From a virus, in IMG/VR virus record IMGVR_UViG_3300042344_000022, positions 4,969 to 68,968 of that record: DNA of 64,000 nucleotides, one strand, 5' to 3'. The stretch's first letter is position 1. Every line of letters begins with the position of its first letter. The translations under genes were made by a program, and so were the position numbers. The notes beneath the pieces are model-generated. The model made no database searches. It had not been told where the DNA came from and saw only the letters and a list, made by a program, of their open reading frames with translations. Positions 19,835 to 29,607 of the stretch are shown here, one piece after another.

Positions 19835-21271
19835 ATGTCAAATACCATCATTCAAATCAAGCGTTCTAGTACCACCGGAACGCCACCTGGCGGTTCGCTC
19901 CAGCAAGCGGAATTAGCCTATTCATATCAGTCTGGCAAACTTTTCATTGGTTCTGCTAATGGTCTGGACGTTATCACGATTGGTGGTAAGTATTTCCTAG
20001 ATCAGTCTAATGCAGCCTTTGATGTAATCAACTCTGCTTATGGTGTAGTCAATGCTGCCTACACTATGGCAAACATGAATTACACCACAACTAATGCGGC
20101 ATATGCAGTTCTTAACGCTGCTTATACAAGTTCTAATGCCAACTATGTTGTTTCTAACGCTTCGTTCGATAAGTTAAACTCTGCATTTACAGTTCTCAAT
20201 GCAGCCTATACTTCCGCAAATGCTAACTACGTTGTAACTAACGCCGCATACACCTCCTCTAATGCTGGCTATACGGTTGCTAACGCTGCATTTGATCTAG
20301 CTAATACCAAGTTCGCATCTGCTGGTGGTACAATCACTGGTAATGTTAATATCGTCGGCGACCTTACACTTTCTGGCAACACTTTCGTAGTAGATGCAGA
20401 AGTTCTAAGAGTTTCTGATTCGATGATCTACTTGGCAGGTAACAACTATACGACCGATATTGTTGATATTGGTTTTGTTGCCAACTATAATAACGGTTCA
20501 GCCAATCTACATACCGGTCTTTATCGTGAGCATTCTACTAAAGAATACTATCTATTCCAAGGCTATAACCAAGAACCTGATAACAATCATATCGATCCTA
20601 CGGCCAACGGCTTCCAGCTAGCCGTTCTTAATGCCGATATCATCACTGGCAATCTAAGACTTAACGGCGCTAACGCATACGTTTGGATCAAGACAAACTT
20701 CGATACCACAAACGCTGCCTATACAATGGCAAACATGAACTATACGGTAACTAATGCCGCATATGTAATGGCCAATCAGAACTATCTTACAACTAATGCC
20801 GCATATGATGTAGTTAATGCTGCCTATACAATGGCAAATATGAACTACACAGTTACAAATGCTGCATATACATCATCAAACGCTGCATACGTTGTCGTTA
20901 ATGCAGCTTATACATCAATCAATGCTGGTTACACTGTAGCCAACGCAGCATTCAATACAGCTAACGTTGCTGATCAACATGCTGCTAACGCTTCTTACAT
21001 GAACACTGGTACTGTTCCAGAGGCTCTAGTTGTTGGTAACTACCGCAATATCACTGGTCTAGGTAACGTAACAATCGGCACATGGACTGCTAATACAATC
21101 GGCGTGCCATGGGGTGGTACTGGTAACACAACCTTCACGACCAATGGTGTCCTATTCGGTAATGCAACTGGTCCTCTACAGGTTACTGGTGCTGGTACAG
21201 AAGGACAAGTGCTACAAGCCAGCGCATCAGGCGTACCATTCTTTGGTATCCTAGACGGAGGCGGTTTCTAA
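19835..21271 (+). CDS. Tail fibre-like protein
   Basis: N-terminal IQIKRSS...LQQAELAYS anchor; NAAYTMA/NMNYTVT heptads; IYLAGNN..DIVDIGF..HTGLYR module; ends LDGGGF. Confidence 0.8.
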   Translation: MSNTIIQIKRSSTTGTPPGGSLQQAELAYSYQSGKLFIGSANGLDVITIGGKYFLDQSNAAFDVINSAYGVVNAAYTMANMNYTTTNAAYAVLNAAYTSSNANYVVSNASFDKLNSAFTVLNAAYTSANANYVVTNAAYTSSNAGYTVANAAFDLANTKFASAGGTITGNVNIVGDLTLSGNTFVVDAEVLRVSDSMIYLAGNNYTTDIVDIGFVANYNNGSANLHTGLYREHSTKEYYLFQGYNQEPDNNHIDPTANGFQLAVLNADIITGNLRLNGANAYVWIKTNFDTTNAAYTMANMNYTVTNAAYVMANQNYLTTNAAYDVVNAAYTMANMNYTVTNAAYTSSNAAYVVVNAAYTSINAGYTVANAAFNTANVADQHAANASYMNTGTVPEALVVGNYRNITGLGNVTIGTWTANTIGVPWGGTGNTTFTTNGVLFGNATGPLQVTGAGTEGQVLQASASGVPFFGILDGGGF

Positions 21272-21296
21272 TTCTCATATAAGTGGAGTCTAAACT

Positions 21297-21926
21297 ATGA
21301 GTGATCCAAACAAGTATATAAATTATTACGTTGAAAATTCCATGACTATGGTGCATGAATACATCAACACTTTGCTACAAACAAAGACACAGTTGAGAGT
21401 ATTGGAAGATCAAGTAAAGGAGAAGGATACCGCTATTGCTTCGTTACAGAATGAACTAAACACACACTTGAGCAATAAGCAAGAAGTTGACCGTGCGATG
21501 GCTAATGCCACAAACTGGGAAAACTCTTTCAATGATATGAAGAACAAGGTATCTCATATGGATACTTTGAATCATCAAATCGGTGAAGCCAAGAAGATGT
21601 TAGTTGAGAAGAATGCCGAACTTACTAAAGCACTAGGCATTATTGATGATCTAAAGAAGCAGGCAGCCGAAAAGGATGGTCAGATCAAAGAACTAAAGAA
21701 GCTGGTACCATCTGTTCCTTCACCTAAAAAAGCTGTAATAAATAAGAAGAAATCTACAACTGTAGGTGAGGAAGCGGTTAAAGAAATAAAGACTCCTGTT
21801 GCGCCATATGTGACAGGTGTTGTAGGAACTAAAGTTCCATATGAGCCTCCTAAGAAGGCTAATAATGAGGTCGCTTTAAAAGTTGTTAATGTAGTAGAGC
21901 CGGAAAACGAGACTGACGACTTTTAA
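21297..21926 (+). CDS. Coiled-coil hypothetical protein
   Basis: Long heptad-rich helix followed by a Lys/Pro-rich tail; GGAG RBS. Confidence 0.75.
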   Translation: MSDPNKYINYYVENSMTMVHEYINTLLQTKTQLRVLEDQVKEKDTAIASLQNELNTHLSNKQEVDRAMANATNWENSFNDMKNKVSHMDTLNHQIGEAKKMLVEKNAELTKALGIIDDLKKQAAEKDGQIKELKKLVPSVPSPKKAVINKKKSTTVGEEAVKEIKTPVAPYVTGVVGTKVPYEPPKKANNEVALKVVNVVEPENETDDF

Positions 21927-22849
21927 TGGCCAACACAACTATTAGACTAAAGAAATCTTCGGTATCTGCACATCTTCCTACTGCAACCCAGTTGGAACAT
22001 GGTGAAATTGCGCTTAACTATGCCGATGGTAAAATCTTCTATAAAGATCCATCTAATAACATTCAGCAGATTTCTGGTAGTGCTAATACATTCTATACCG
22101 TTAATGCCAACGGCACTCTCTTAGTATCAACATCACCAACTGATATTCTTACCATCAATCCTGGTAACAATATTGAGATCACTGGTAACTTCCTTACTGA
22201 TACTCTAACGATTGGCGCAAACCTAAAGTTTGTATATGATGTAGCCAATGCTGCATTTGATTCAGCCAATAACGTAGCACCTCAGGTAGCACCAAGTTAT
22301 AATACTGCCAATGCTGCCTTTACGGTAGCTAATGCGGCATTTGATAAGGCAAATCTAGCAGCATCCGCAGCAACTATCAATGTTGGTCCTACTCCTCCAG
22401 TCGGTTCAGCCGGCGCTCTTTGGTGGGACACAGTTGGTGGCCGTCTATACATCTACTATACTGACGCTGATTCAAGTCAGTGGGTTGAAACATCACCATC
22501 AGGTGGTACAGTTGATTATGTCGCTCTTGCTGATGTTCTAACAGGCAATGCTAACACTGGTACTGCCACAGTTTCATATGTCATAGATAGCTTCTCTGCT
22601 AATACATATAGAACAGCAAAGTATATCATTCAAGGTGTAAGTTCCTCAAACGTTCATTCTACAGAAGTTCTACTTACACATAACGGAGCAAATGTTTTCT
22701 TAACCGAATACGGAACGATCTTTACAGGCAATTCCGAACTATATACTGTTAGTGCCAATCTTTATTCATCCAACGTGAACTTGATTATTAACTCAGCCAA
22801 TGCTAACACTGTAGTGGACTTCTATAGGTTTAAATTAGCGGCTAGATAA
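21926..22849 (+). CDS. Fibre-like structural protein
   Basis: IRLKKSSV..P....LEHGEIALNYADGKIFYK anchor; LWWDT..GRLYIYY.D.DS.QWVE module; C-terminal IDSFS..YRTAKY domain. Confidence 0.75.
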   Translation: MANTTIRLKKSSVSAHLPTATQLEHGEIALNYADGKIFYKDPSNNIQQISGSANTFYTVNANGTLLVSTSPTDILTINPGNNIEITGNFLTDTLTIGANLKFVYDVANAAFDSANNVAPQVAPSYNTANAAFTVANAAFDKANLAASAATINVGPTPPVGSAGALWWDTVGGRLYIYYTDADSSQWVETSPSGGTVDYVALADVLTGNANTGTATVSYVIDSFSANTYRTAKYIIQGVSSSNVHSTEVLLTHNGANVFLTEYGTIFTGNSELYTVSANLYSSNVNLIINSANANTVVDFYRFKLAAR

Positions 22850-22876
22850 CATCATCCTAAGGGAAAGGGAACTTGG

Positions 22877-25800
22877 GTGTCAGACAATAAAGAATTTAGA
22901 GTCCGTCATGGACTCGTTGTTGGTAACAATGTGTTGGTCGCTAATGTTACCTCTAATACAGCCTATGTCAATGATCTAGTAGCCGCTGCTAACGTCAGTG
23001 CCACTTACTTTGTAGGTAATGGTGCGGCTCTTACTGGCATCGTCACTGACTTTTCTCCCGCTTTCAATAAGGCAAATGCTGCCTATACAAACTCAAACGG
23101 CGCATTTGGTGTAGCCAATTCGGCTCATGATACGGCTAACAATGTTGTATTTGCTTTTAATACGGCCAACGCAGCGTATGTGATAGGTAACTCTGCCTAC
23201 AACTTTGCCAACAGCGTCAATACATTTGTTTATGGTGTGGCAGACAATGCAGCGGCGGCCTTTGCTGCCGCCAATAACGTAGCACCTCAGGTAACTCCTG
23301 CTTTCAATACTGCTAATACGGCATATACAACCGCTAATGCCGGTTATAGTCTTACCAACACCACTTATACTGCGGTCAATAGTGCATTTGGTGTTATTAA
23401 TTCATCCTTTAGTTTATCAAATACTACTGCTAATAACCTTGCTAATACTGCTGTTGCTGCTAACAATTACTCTGGTGCAATGGCTAACTCTGTCAATTCC
23501 TATGCAGAGTCAGTTGGTGTAAATGCTAATACATATGCATCTTCCGTGGCAATTTCTGCAAATGCATATTCTGATACTCTATTAGTAACTGCTAGAGCAT
23601 ATACCAATACCTCCACTACAGCAGCCAATAACTATGCTGGTGTTATGGCTAACTCTGCCAATACATATGCTGATGGTACATATATCAAACTAACCGCAGC
23701 GTCACAAACAATCACTGGCAATCTTTCAATCACCGGTAATCTAACTTTACTTGGTGGTTCTACAATTATTTCATCAAACAACCTGTCAGTTGGTGATTCC
23801 CTAATCTATCTTGCTGCTAACAACTATTCTGGCACAGACTTTTTAGATATTGGTTTCATTGCTAACTACGGCAATACCACTGGTGCTAATGTTCATACTG
23901 GTCTTGTTCGTGATGCTACCGATAAGCAATACTATCTATTCAATGGTTATGATCAAGAACCAGCCAACAATACATTTGTTCCTGGTGGTAACAATATGGT
24001 CAATGCCGTATTGGTTGCAGATATCAATACTAGTAACTTGACACTAGGTGGTGCTAATGCTATTGTATGGATCAAGTCATCTTATGACAATTCTAATGGT
24101 GCTTTTGATAAGGTAAATTCTGTAGCAACATCGGCCAACAATTATGCTGGTGCTATGGCTAACTCCGGTAATGCCTGGACACAGACCATTGTAGATGCCA
24201 ACTTGGTAACGGCAAGAGCATATACCAATACCTCCACTACAGCCGCAAATAATTATGCTGGTGCTATGGCTAATAGTGCAAATGCCTATGCCGCAGCGAC
24301 TTACTCGACCATCACACAATTAGGTCAGAACTGGGTTGTTACTAACGCAGCATTTACCAGAGGCAACACATCTGCACAGTTGGCATTCTTTAGAGTTGCT
24401 GCTGGTGGTACAAATTTGGATGCAGTATCAAACGCTGATACATTAACAATTTCATCATCAAACAACATTGTATTGATTCCTAATGCAACAAACGATTCGA
24501 TACAAATCACACAATCACCATCTGGTGTTACAGCAACCACATATGGTGGTGCTTCTGCAATACCTGTCATTACAATTGATGCCTTTGGTCGTGTTACTGC
24601 CGCAGCAAACCAAGCGGTTACAAGCGGCGGCGTTACATCCGTTGCTACAGGTGTCGGTCTTACAGGTGGTACTATTACCACAACCGGTACAGTTTCTCTT
24701 GCTACATATTCAACTGCTACTAACGTTGCTGTATCGGGTGGTATATCTTCTATTACAGTTGATGAATATGGTCGTGTTCGTGCTGTTTCAGGTTCAGCAG
24801 GTTATGGTACAGGAACAGTCACGGGCGTTTCTGGTACAACTGGCCGTATTACAAGTTCTGGTGGTACTGCTCCAACAATTGACTTGGCAACCGCTGGTGC
24901 TGGTGCAGCAACTTATTCAACCGGCATTTCTGCTATTACTGTAGATGCCTATGGTCGTGTAACGTCTGTTACTGGCTCTGCTGGTTATGTTACTTCATCT
25001 GGTGTAACCTCAGTTTCAGGAACAGGTACAGTATCTGGACTAACATTATCCGGAACTGTCACATCAACAGGTAGCTTGACATTAGGTGGCACTTTAAGTG
25101 CTTCTATTATTGATAATATGACAGACGAACATCGTCTATTCAATAACATGGGCGACATTCATTCTACAAGAACCTCATTTGATGCTACAAATCCTTCTTA
25201 TAACTTTGGATGGAGATTTATTCAAGGATCAGGTAATGGTCCTGGTGTTAATAGTGCCTCTCAATATTATTCTGAATATATCGGATTAGGCAATGATTAT
25301 GTTGCAACAGGTGCTGGTTCATATGGTATGCAAATAGCATATCCAAGAAACGTTACTACACCATACATTGCTATTAGATATAATGAAAATAATACTCTCG
25401 GCGCTTGGCAAAAAATTTCTGCTGGTTTTGCTGATACCGTAGGTTCTATTACCTCAGGACAAGTAACAACGGCGCTTGGTTATACACCATATAACTCTAC
25501 CAATCCTAGTGGTTATATCACATCTTCCGGTTCAATTTCTGGCTCTGCCGCAACATTCACTAGCACGACACAAAATTCACGATTTAATTCAATTGGTGTT
25601 AATACTGTTGCGTCAGGTACTGCTGGCGAAATTAGAGCAACAAACGAAATCACCGCCTACTTCTCTGATAAACGTCTAAAGACCGTTATTTCACCAATTG
25701 AATCACCACTAGAAAAATTGATGCAATTATCTGGTGTTATATATAAAAATAACGACCTTGCAAAAAGTTTTGGATATGATGACGACAAAGAACATGTTGG

Positions 25801-26023
25801 TGTTCTTGCACAAGATGTTGAGGAAGTTCTTCCACAAATTGTCAAAAGAGCACCATTTGATACTGGGTATGTAGATGGTAAAGAAGTATCTAAGTCTGGT
25901 GAAGATTATAAGACCGTTCAATATGACAAACTAGTACCGCTTCTAATAGAAGCAATCAAAGAACAACAAAAACAGATCGAATTTTTATCTGATAAGGTAA
26001 ATAGTCTAGAAGGGAAACAATAA
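22877..26023 (+). CDS. Long tail fibre with C-terminal intramolecular chaperone (peptidase S74-type)
   Basis: GTG start, KEFRVRHGL N-terminus, Asn/Ala heptads, VDAYGRVT repeats; GEIRATNEITAYF-SDKRLK cleavage motif and VQYDKLVPLLIEAIKEQQ tail. Confidence 0.88.
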   Translation: MSDNKEFRVRHGLVVGNNVLVANVTSNTAYVNDLVAAANVSATYFVGNGAALTGIVTDFSPAFNKANAAYTNSNGAFGVANSAHDTANNVVFAFNTANAAYVIGNSAYNFANSVNTFVYGVADNAAAAFAAANNVAPQVTPAFNTANTAYTTANAGYSLTNTTYTAVNSAFGVINSSFSLSNTTANNLANTAVAANNYSGAMANSVNSYAESVGVNANTYASSVAISANAYSDTLLVTARAYTNTSTTAANNYAGVMANSANTYADGTYIKLTAASQTITGNLSITGNLTLLGGSTIISSNNLSVGDSLIYLAANNYSGTDFLDIGFIANYGNTTGANVHTGLVRDATDKQYYLFNGYDQEPANNTFVPGGNNMVNAVLVADINTSNLTLGGANAIVWIKSSYDNSNGAFDKVNSVATSANNYAGAMANSGNAWTQTIVDANLVTARAYTNTSTTAANNYAGAMANSANAYAAATYSTITQLGQNWVVTNAAFTRGNTSAQLAFFRVAAGGTNLDAVSNADTLTISSSNNIVLIPNATNDSIQITQSPSGVTATTYGGASAIPVITIDAFGRVTAAANQAVTSGGVTSVATGVGLTGGTITTTGTVSLATYSTATNVAVSGGISSITVDEYGRVRAVSGSAGYGTGTVTGVSGTTGRITSSGGTAPTIDLATAGAGAATYSTGISAITVDAYGRVTSVTGSAGYVTSSGVTSVSGTGTVSGLTLSGTVTSTGSLTLGGTLSASIIDNMTDEHRLFNNMGDIHSTRTSFDATNPSYNFGWRFIQGSGNGPGVNSASQYYSEYIGLGNDYVATGAGSYGMQIAYPRNVTTPYIAIRYNENNTLGAWQKISAGFADTVGSITSGQVTTALGYTPYNSTNPSGYITSSGSISGSAATFTSTTQNSRFNSIGVNTVASGTAGEIRATNEITAYFSDKRLKTVISPIESPLEKLMQLSGVIYKNNDLAKSFGYDDDKEHVGVLAQDVEEVLPQIVKRAPFDTGYVDGKEVSKSGEDYKTVQYDKLVPLLIEAIKEQQKQIEFLSDKVNSLEGKQ
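23594..24243 (+). repeat. Direct repeat inside the fibre gene (AGAGCATATACCAATACCTCCACTACAGC at 23594-23622 and 24215-24243)
   Basis: Identical 29-mer within a duplicated LVTARAYTNTSTTAANNYAG.MANSAN block. Confidence 0.8.
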
Positions 26024-27090
26024 TGCCTCTTCCAAGTAGCGGAGCAATCAATTTTGCTGCGATTAACACCGAATTAGGGGCAGCAACTAATACAACAAGA
26101 GCATTAGGTTCTGCCGCAGTAAGAGGTTTGTATGGGGTTGCTTCTGGTGCTATTCGACTAGCAGCCGATGGTTATGGTAAATCAAATTTTTGGAAAGGTT
26201 CTTTAACTAAAGGATTCACCATGGGCGGCCGAGTGTCTCCGCCGTCGGTGTCCAACTCATCTACAGCCGAAAAATATACATACTCTACTCAAACCGGAGC
26301 GGTTACGCCTGCTGCTTCTCTTAGCGTCGCAATAGGACTGTCCAGTGGAATGGGAAATACAGAAAAAGGATTTACTGGTGGCGGGGAAGTACCCGGCACT
26401 CCTGTTGTAGCCACATCACATAAGACAACATTTTCATCCGAAACCACGGCTGCTGCTCCCGGTTTAAACGTAAGCCCTGCTAGAAGAGGTATTCTGTCCG
26501 CCGGAAACAGCACTAAAGGATTTTTTACTGGTGGCGGCACGACACCTGCGACTCCCGTTAGTGAAAGAGTAACTTACTCTACAGAAACAAAGGCTGCCGT
26601 TCCTACTGCAAATATGATATTTGCACGATATGAAGGCGTTGGTGTAGGAAACGATACTAAAGGATTTTATACTGGTGGAAGAAACCCAGGTACTGTTTCG
26701 ACTGCTGCTACGGAGAGAAACACTTTTGCTACAGAAACAAATGCTTCTGTTCCTGGCGCAAATTTATCTGTGGCTAGATTAGGTCTTGCGGGCTTTGGTA
26801 ACCCTGCTTCAGCATACTTCGCCGCTGGGCTCACTGCTCCCGCAACATATCGCTCTACAGTAGACAAAACAAGTTTTTCAACCGAAACAACCGCTGCGAC
26901 GCCACTATCTGTTACCGCTAAACTACATGTTAGTTATTTAGGAGATGGCACTAGAGGTTTCGTTTTAAAAGGAACCACTCCAGGTCCAACTTTTACCACT
27001 TCCGTGCAAAATATTTTATATTCTAATGATACTGTATCATCTTCGCCTGCGGCCGCAGGACCTGGTAGAGACCGTGCATATTCTTTTTAA
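26023..27090 (+). CDS. Putative fibre-tip adhesin: N-terminal attachment segment plus ~6 repeats of ~49 aa (beta-propeller/kelch-like)
   Basis: MPLPSSGAINFAAINTELG...DGYGKS start; repeats KGFTxGG...(K/R)xTxSTET...PxAxLSVAR; TAATG coupling to the fibre gene. Confidence 0.7.
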   Translation: MPLPSSGAINFAAINTELGAATNTTRALGSAAVRGLYGVASGAIRLAADGYGKSNFWKGSLTKGFTMGGRVSPPSVSNSSTAEKYTYSTQTGAVTPAASLSVAIGLSSGMGNTEKGFTGGGEVPGTPVVATSHKTTFSSETTAAAPGLNVSPARRGILSAGNSTKGFFTGGGTTPATPVSERVTYSTETKAAVPTANMIFARYEGVGVGNDTKGFYTGGRNPGTVSTAATERNTFATETNASVPGANLSVARLGLAGFGNPASAYFAAGLTAPATYRSTVDKTSFSTETTAATPLSVTAKLHVSYLGDGTRGFVLKGTTPGPTFTTSVQNILYSNDTVSSSPAAAGPGRDRAYSF

Positions 27091-27107
27091 CCAATGAGAG
27101 ACACATA

Positions 27108-27740
27108 ATGAAAAATCAAAATTTATCCAAGTTGAGTCAAGATATCAGCGACATTACAAGCAAACAGAACAAACTTAAAGAATCATTTGCTGAAATTTTC
27201 AATGGTAGATCATACTATCAATTAGAAAAGTTTGTTGTTGACCAACATGTATCTATTGAAAGGCAATTTGATCAGTGTGTGACCGAACTTCAAGTTAAAT
27301 ACTATTCGATCAAGAGAATGGATATAAGTCGTAGAAAAGTTATGTCAGAATTGAATACTGTTACCGATGAGTTTATGAAGGAAGAAAAAAATCTAGACTT
27401 AGAAGAAATCGAATTTGCAATGATTGGTGCCATAAGAGAGTTCAACTGTCTATATAAGATATATGAGAGTCTACCTAAATTCACAAATGATCAGTTACAA
27501 AATTCCGAAGCCGAATATTGGCTTAAACGTCTTTCAATACAGGCACAGATGGACATTGATTCAACTGGTGTGATTTCAGTTGGAAACTATGAAGCCTTAC
27601 GCCAAATCAATCTAATAGATGATCATCTTGAAAGATTCAAGCATTGTATTCAGGCACATCCAGCCATATCAAATGATGTTAAAGAAAACAATGAAGTGAA
27701 AAAAGTTGAAAGACTAACTAATAGAGGATTCATGAATTGA
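27108..27740 (+). CDS. Hypothetical protein, largely helical
   Basis: 210-aa ORF in operon context; GRSYYQLEKFVV and EAEYWLKRL segments. Confidence 0.7.
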   Translation: MKNQNLSKLSQDISDITSKQNKLKESFAEIFNGRSYYQLEKFVVDQHVSIERQFDQCVTELQVKYYSIKRMDISRRKVMSELNTVTDEFMKEEKNLDLEEIEFAMIGAIREFNCLYKIYESLPKFTNDQLQNSEAEYWLKRLSIQAQMDIDSTGVISVGNYEALRQINLIDDHLERFKHCIQAHPAISNDVKENNEVKKVERLTNRGFMN

Positions 27741-28321
27741 CAAAACTTTTGACCATGCAAAAACATTTACCTTACTATGTAAAAATATATAGTAATGTCC
27801 TAGATAATTCTGTTTGTGATCAAACTTTAGCCGAACTCAAACAGGTCAAATGGATTCAACACCAATATTCTTCACCCGATGATTATACGGTATCGGCACT
27901 CAACGCCAATAAAGAATTATCGGTGACTCGTGATATCATATCAACGACGAATAATATTGAGGATAAAGTGTGGCACTGTCTTAAAGATTATGTCACAACC
28001 TTAGACTTTCCATGGTTACGTGGTTGGAGAAACTTTTCAAATATAAGGTTCAATAAATATGAAGTTGGACAGTTGATGAATATACACTGCGATCATATTA
28101 ACACTCTATTCGATGGAGAAGAAAAAGGCGTTCCTATTCTCACTGTTCTTGGTATGCTGAATGATGATTATGAAGGTGGAGAGCTTGTCATGTTTGACGA
28201 TAGTTTCATTAAAATGGATAAAGGGGACATTGTAGTCTTTCCATCAAACTTTTTGTTTCCTCACAGAGTGCTTCCTGTAACATTTGGAACAAGACACTCA
28301 TTTGTCAGTTGGGCGTGGTGA
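27737..28321 (+). CDS. 2OG-Fe(II) oxygenase (prolyl-4-hydroxylase-like)
   Basis: IRFNKY, IHCDH (HxD), LNDDYEGGEL, FPSNFLFPHRVLPV..GTRHSFVSW. Start is TTG 27737 or ATG 27755. Confidence 0.92.
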   Translation: MTKLLTMQKHLPYYVKIYSNVLDNSVCDQTLAELKQVKWIQHQYSSPDDYTVSALNANKELSVTRDIISTTNNIEDKVWHCLKDYVTTLDFPWLRGWRNFSNIRFNKYEVGQLMNIHCDHINTLFDGEEKGVPILTVLGMLNDDYEGGELVMFDDSFIKMDKGDIVVFPSNFLFPHRVLPVTFGTRHSFVSWAW

Positions 28322-28941
28322 TGGATATACATTCTCTGTTTCCTATACCTGTTGGAATAACAGATGTATCTAATGTGTTGAACGATGAACACATTAGATA
28401 TGCCCACGAATGTAGCAAGTTTTACACAGTCAATGATGGTAACACTACTAGTGTAAACAGTTATGTCCTGGACAGTCCTAATATGTATGATCTTAAACAA
28501 GCATTATTACAGTCGGCGAATGATTATATCTCAAAGGTGATTCAACCATTAAGAGATGGGTGTATTGATTGTTACATAACTCAGTCTTGGTTCAATTACA
28601 CGAATACAGGACAGTATCATCATTCACACTTACATCCGAACAGTTTTGTATCTGGCGTATTATATCTAAATGCAGATATGGAAAAGGATACAATCACTTT
28701 CCAAAATAAATATAATAATTATGATTTTTGTTTTCAAATCGATGGGTATCCGAACGAATTTAACAGCAGAGAAGTATTTTTTAGTAACAAGGTGGGTACG
28801 GTATTTATATTTCCATCTTCTCTACATCACTCGGTTAACCATACAACTTCTGAACAAACTAGAATTAGTTTAGCATTTAATACTTTTCTGAGGGGTTATA
28901 TTGGTGATGATAGAAAACTAACCGGACTACATCTAAAATAG
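28321..28941 (+). CDS. Putative 2OG-Fe(II) oxygenase (TIGR02466-like)
   Basis: LFPIPV start, QSWFNY, HHSHLHPNSFVSGVLYL, FPSSLHHSV, RISLAFNTF. ATG 28321 is coupled (TGATG) to the upstream stop. Confidence 0.88.
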   Translation: MDIHSLFPIPVGITDVSNVLNDEHIRYAHECSKFYTVNDGNTTSVNSYVLDSPNMYDLKQALLQSANDYISKVIQPLRDGCIDCYITQSWFNYTNTGQYHHSHLHPNSFVSGVLYLNADMEKDTITFQNKYNNYDFCFQIDGYPNEFNSREVFFSNKVGTVFIFPSSLHHSVNHTTSEQTRISLAFNTFLRGYIGDDRKLTGLHLK

Positions 28942-28954
28942 GACACGATAAGAA

Positions 28955-29449
28955 ATGAAATATTTTACATACAACTTAGTCTTTTCTGAAGAAGCAAATG
29001 GATGGATTTCACCATATGCCCTTTTACCTCAGGATAGTGTATTAGGTGTTTCAGATGGCGAGAAATACTATGCCGCCGCTAATATCGATAACTTTGATGC
29101 TATCAGTGACTATAATCCTGTAGAGGTCAGCAAAGAACTATTCGATAGGTATGCCAATCCTGCACCAGACATCACAACCAGACAGTTTTATATGCAGGCT
29201 ATGAAAGAAGGTCTTTTGATACAACAGGATGTTGAAAACGCTATCAAGAATAGAATCATACCAGTATCTATTCAGTCTGTTCTAGATGCTGCTATCACAG
29301 ACCATGCACAGAAGTTCAATGCTGAAATGTCTATTATCAGCGCCATCTACTTTGAGAGAAGTAATTCCTTGGTTGAACTAATCGGCACAAGTTTTGGTAA
29401 GACAACCTACGAAATTGATCAGTTTTTTAGAAATGCGTCAAAACTATGA
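28955..29449 (+). CDS. Hypothetical protein
   Basis: 164-aa ORF; C-terminal ITTRQF...FERSNSLVELIG...EIDQFFRNASKL resembles small fibre-associated phage proteins. Confidence 0.7.
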   Translation: MKYFTYNLVFSEEANGWISPYALLPQDSVLGVSDGEKYYAAANIDNFDAISDYNPVEVSKELFDRYANPAPDITTRQFYMQAMKEGLLIQQDVENAIKNRIIPVSIQSVLDAAITDHAQKFNAEMSIISAIYFERSNSLVELIGTSFGKTTYEIDQFFRNASKL

Positions 29450-29524
29450 TTTCAGGTTTTGTCTTTCAGTTCGAACATTAACCAACTGAGTTTGCTAAAT
29501 AGTGTTGTGAACAAAGGATGCTAT

Positions 29525-29587
29525 TATATACAAGCCTATATTGATGCATGTTTAGCCGTGAAAGATAAATACCCAAAACCACAATAA
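29525..29587 (+). pseudogene. 3' remnant of a tail-fibre-assembly-like gene
   Basis: Reads YIQAYIDACLAVKDKYPKPQ*, matching the C-terminus (QAVKDKYPKP*) and DNA of 36419..36721. No own ATG start. Confidence 0.6.
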
Positions 29588-29607
29588 TCCACCGCTAAAG
29601 GATAGAT

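Noticed and set aside
27737-27765. TTGACA at the start of the second oxygenase as a sigma70 -35 box
   Set aside because: No acceptable -10 hexamer at 16-18 nt spacing.
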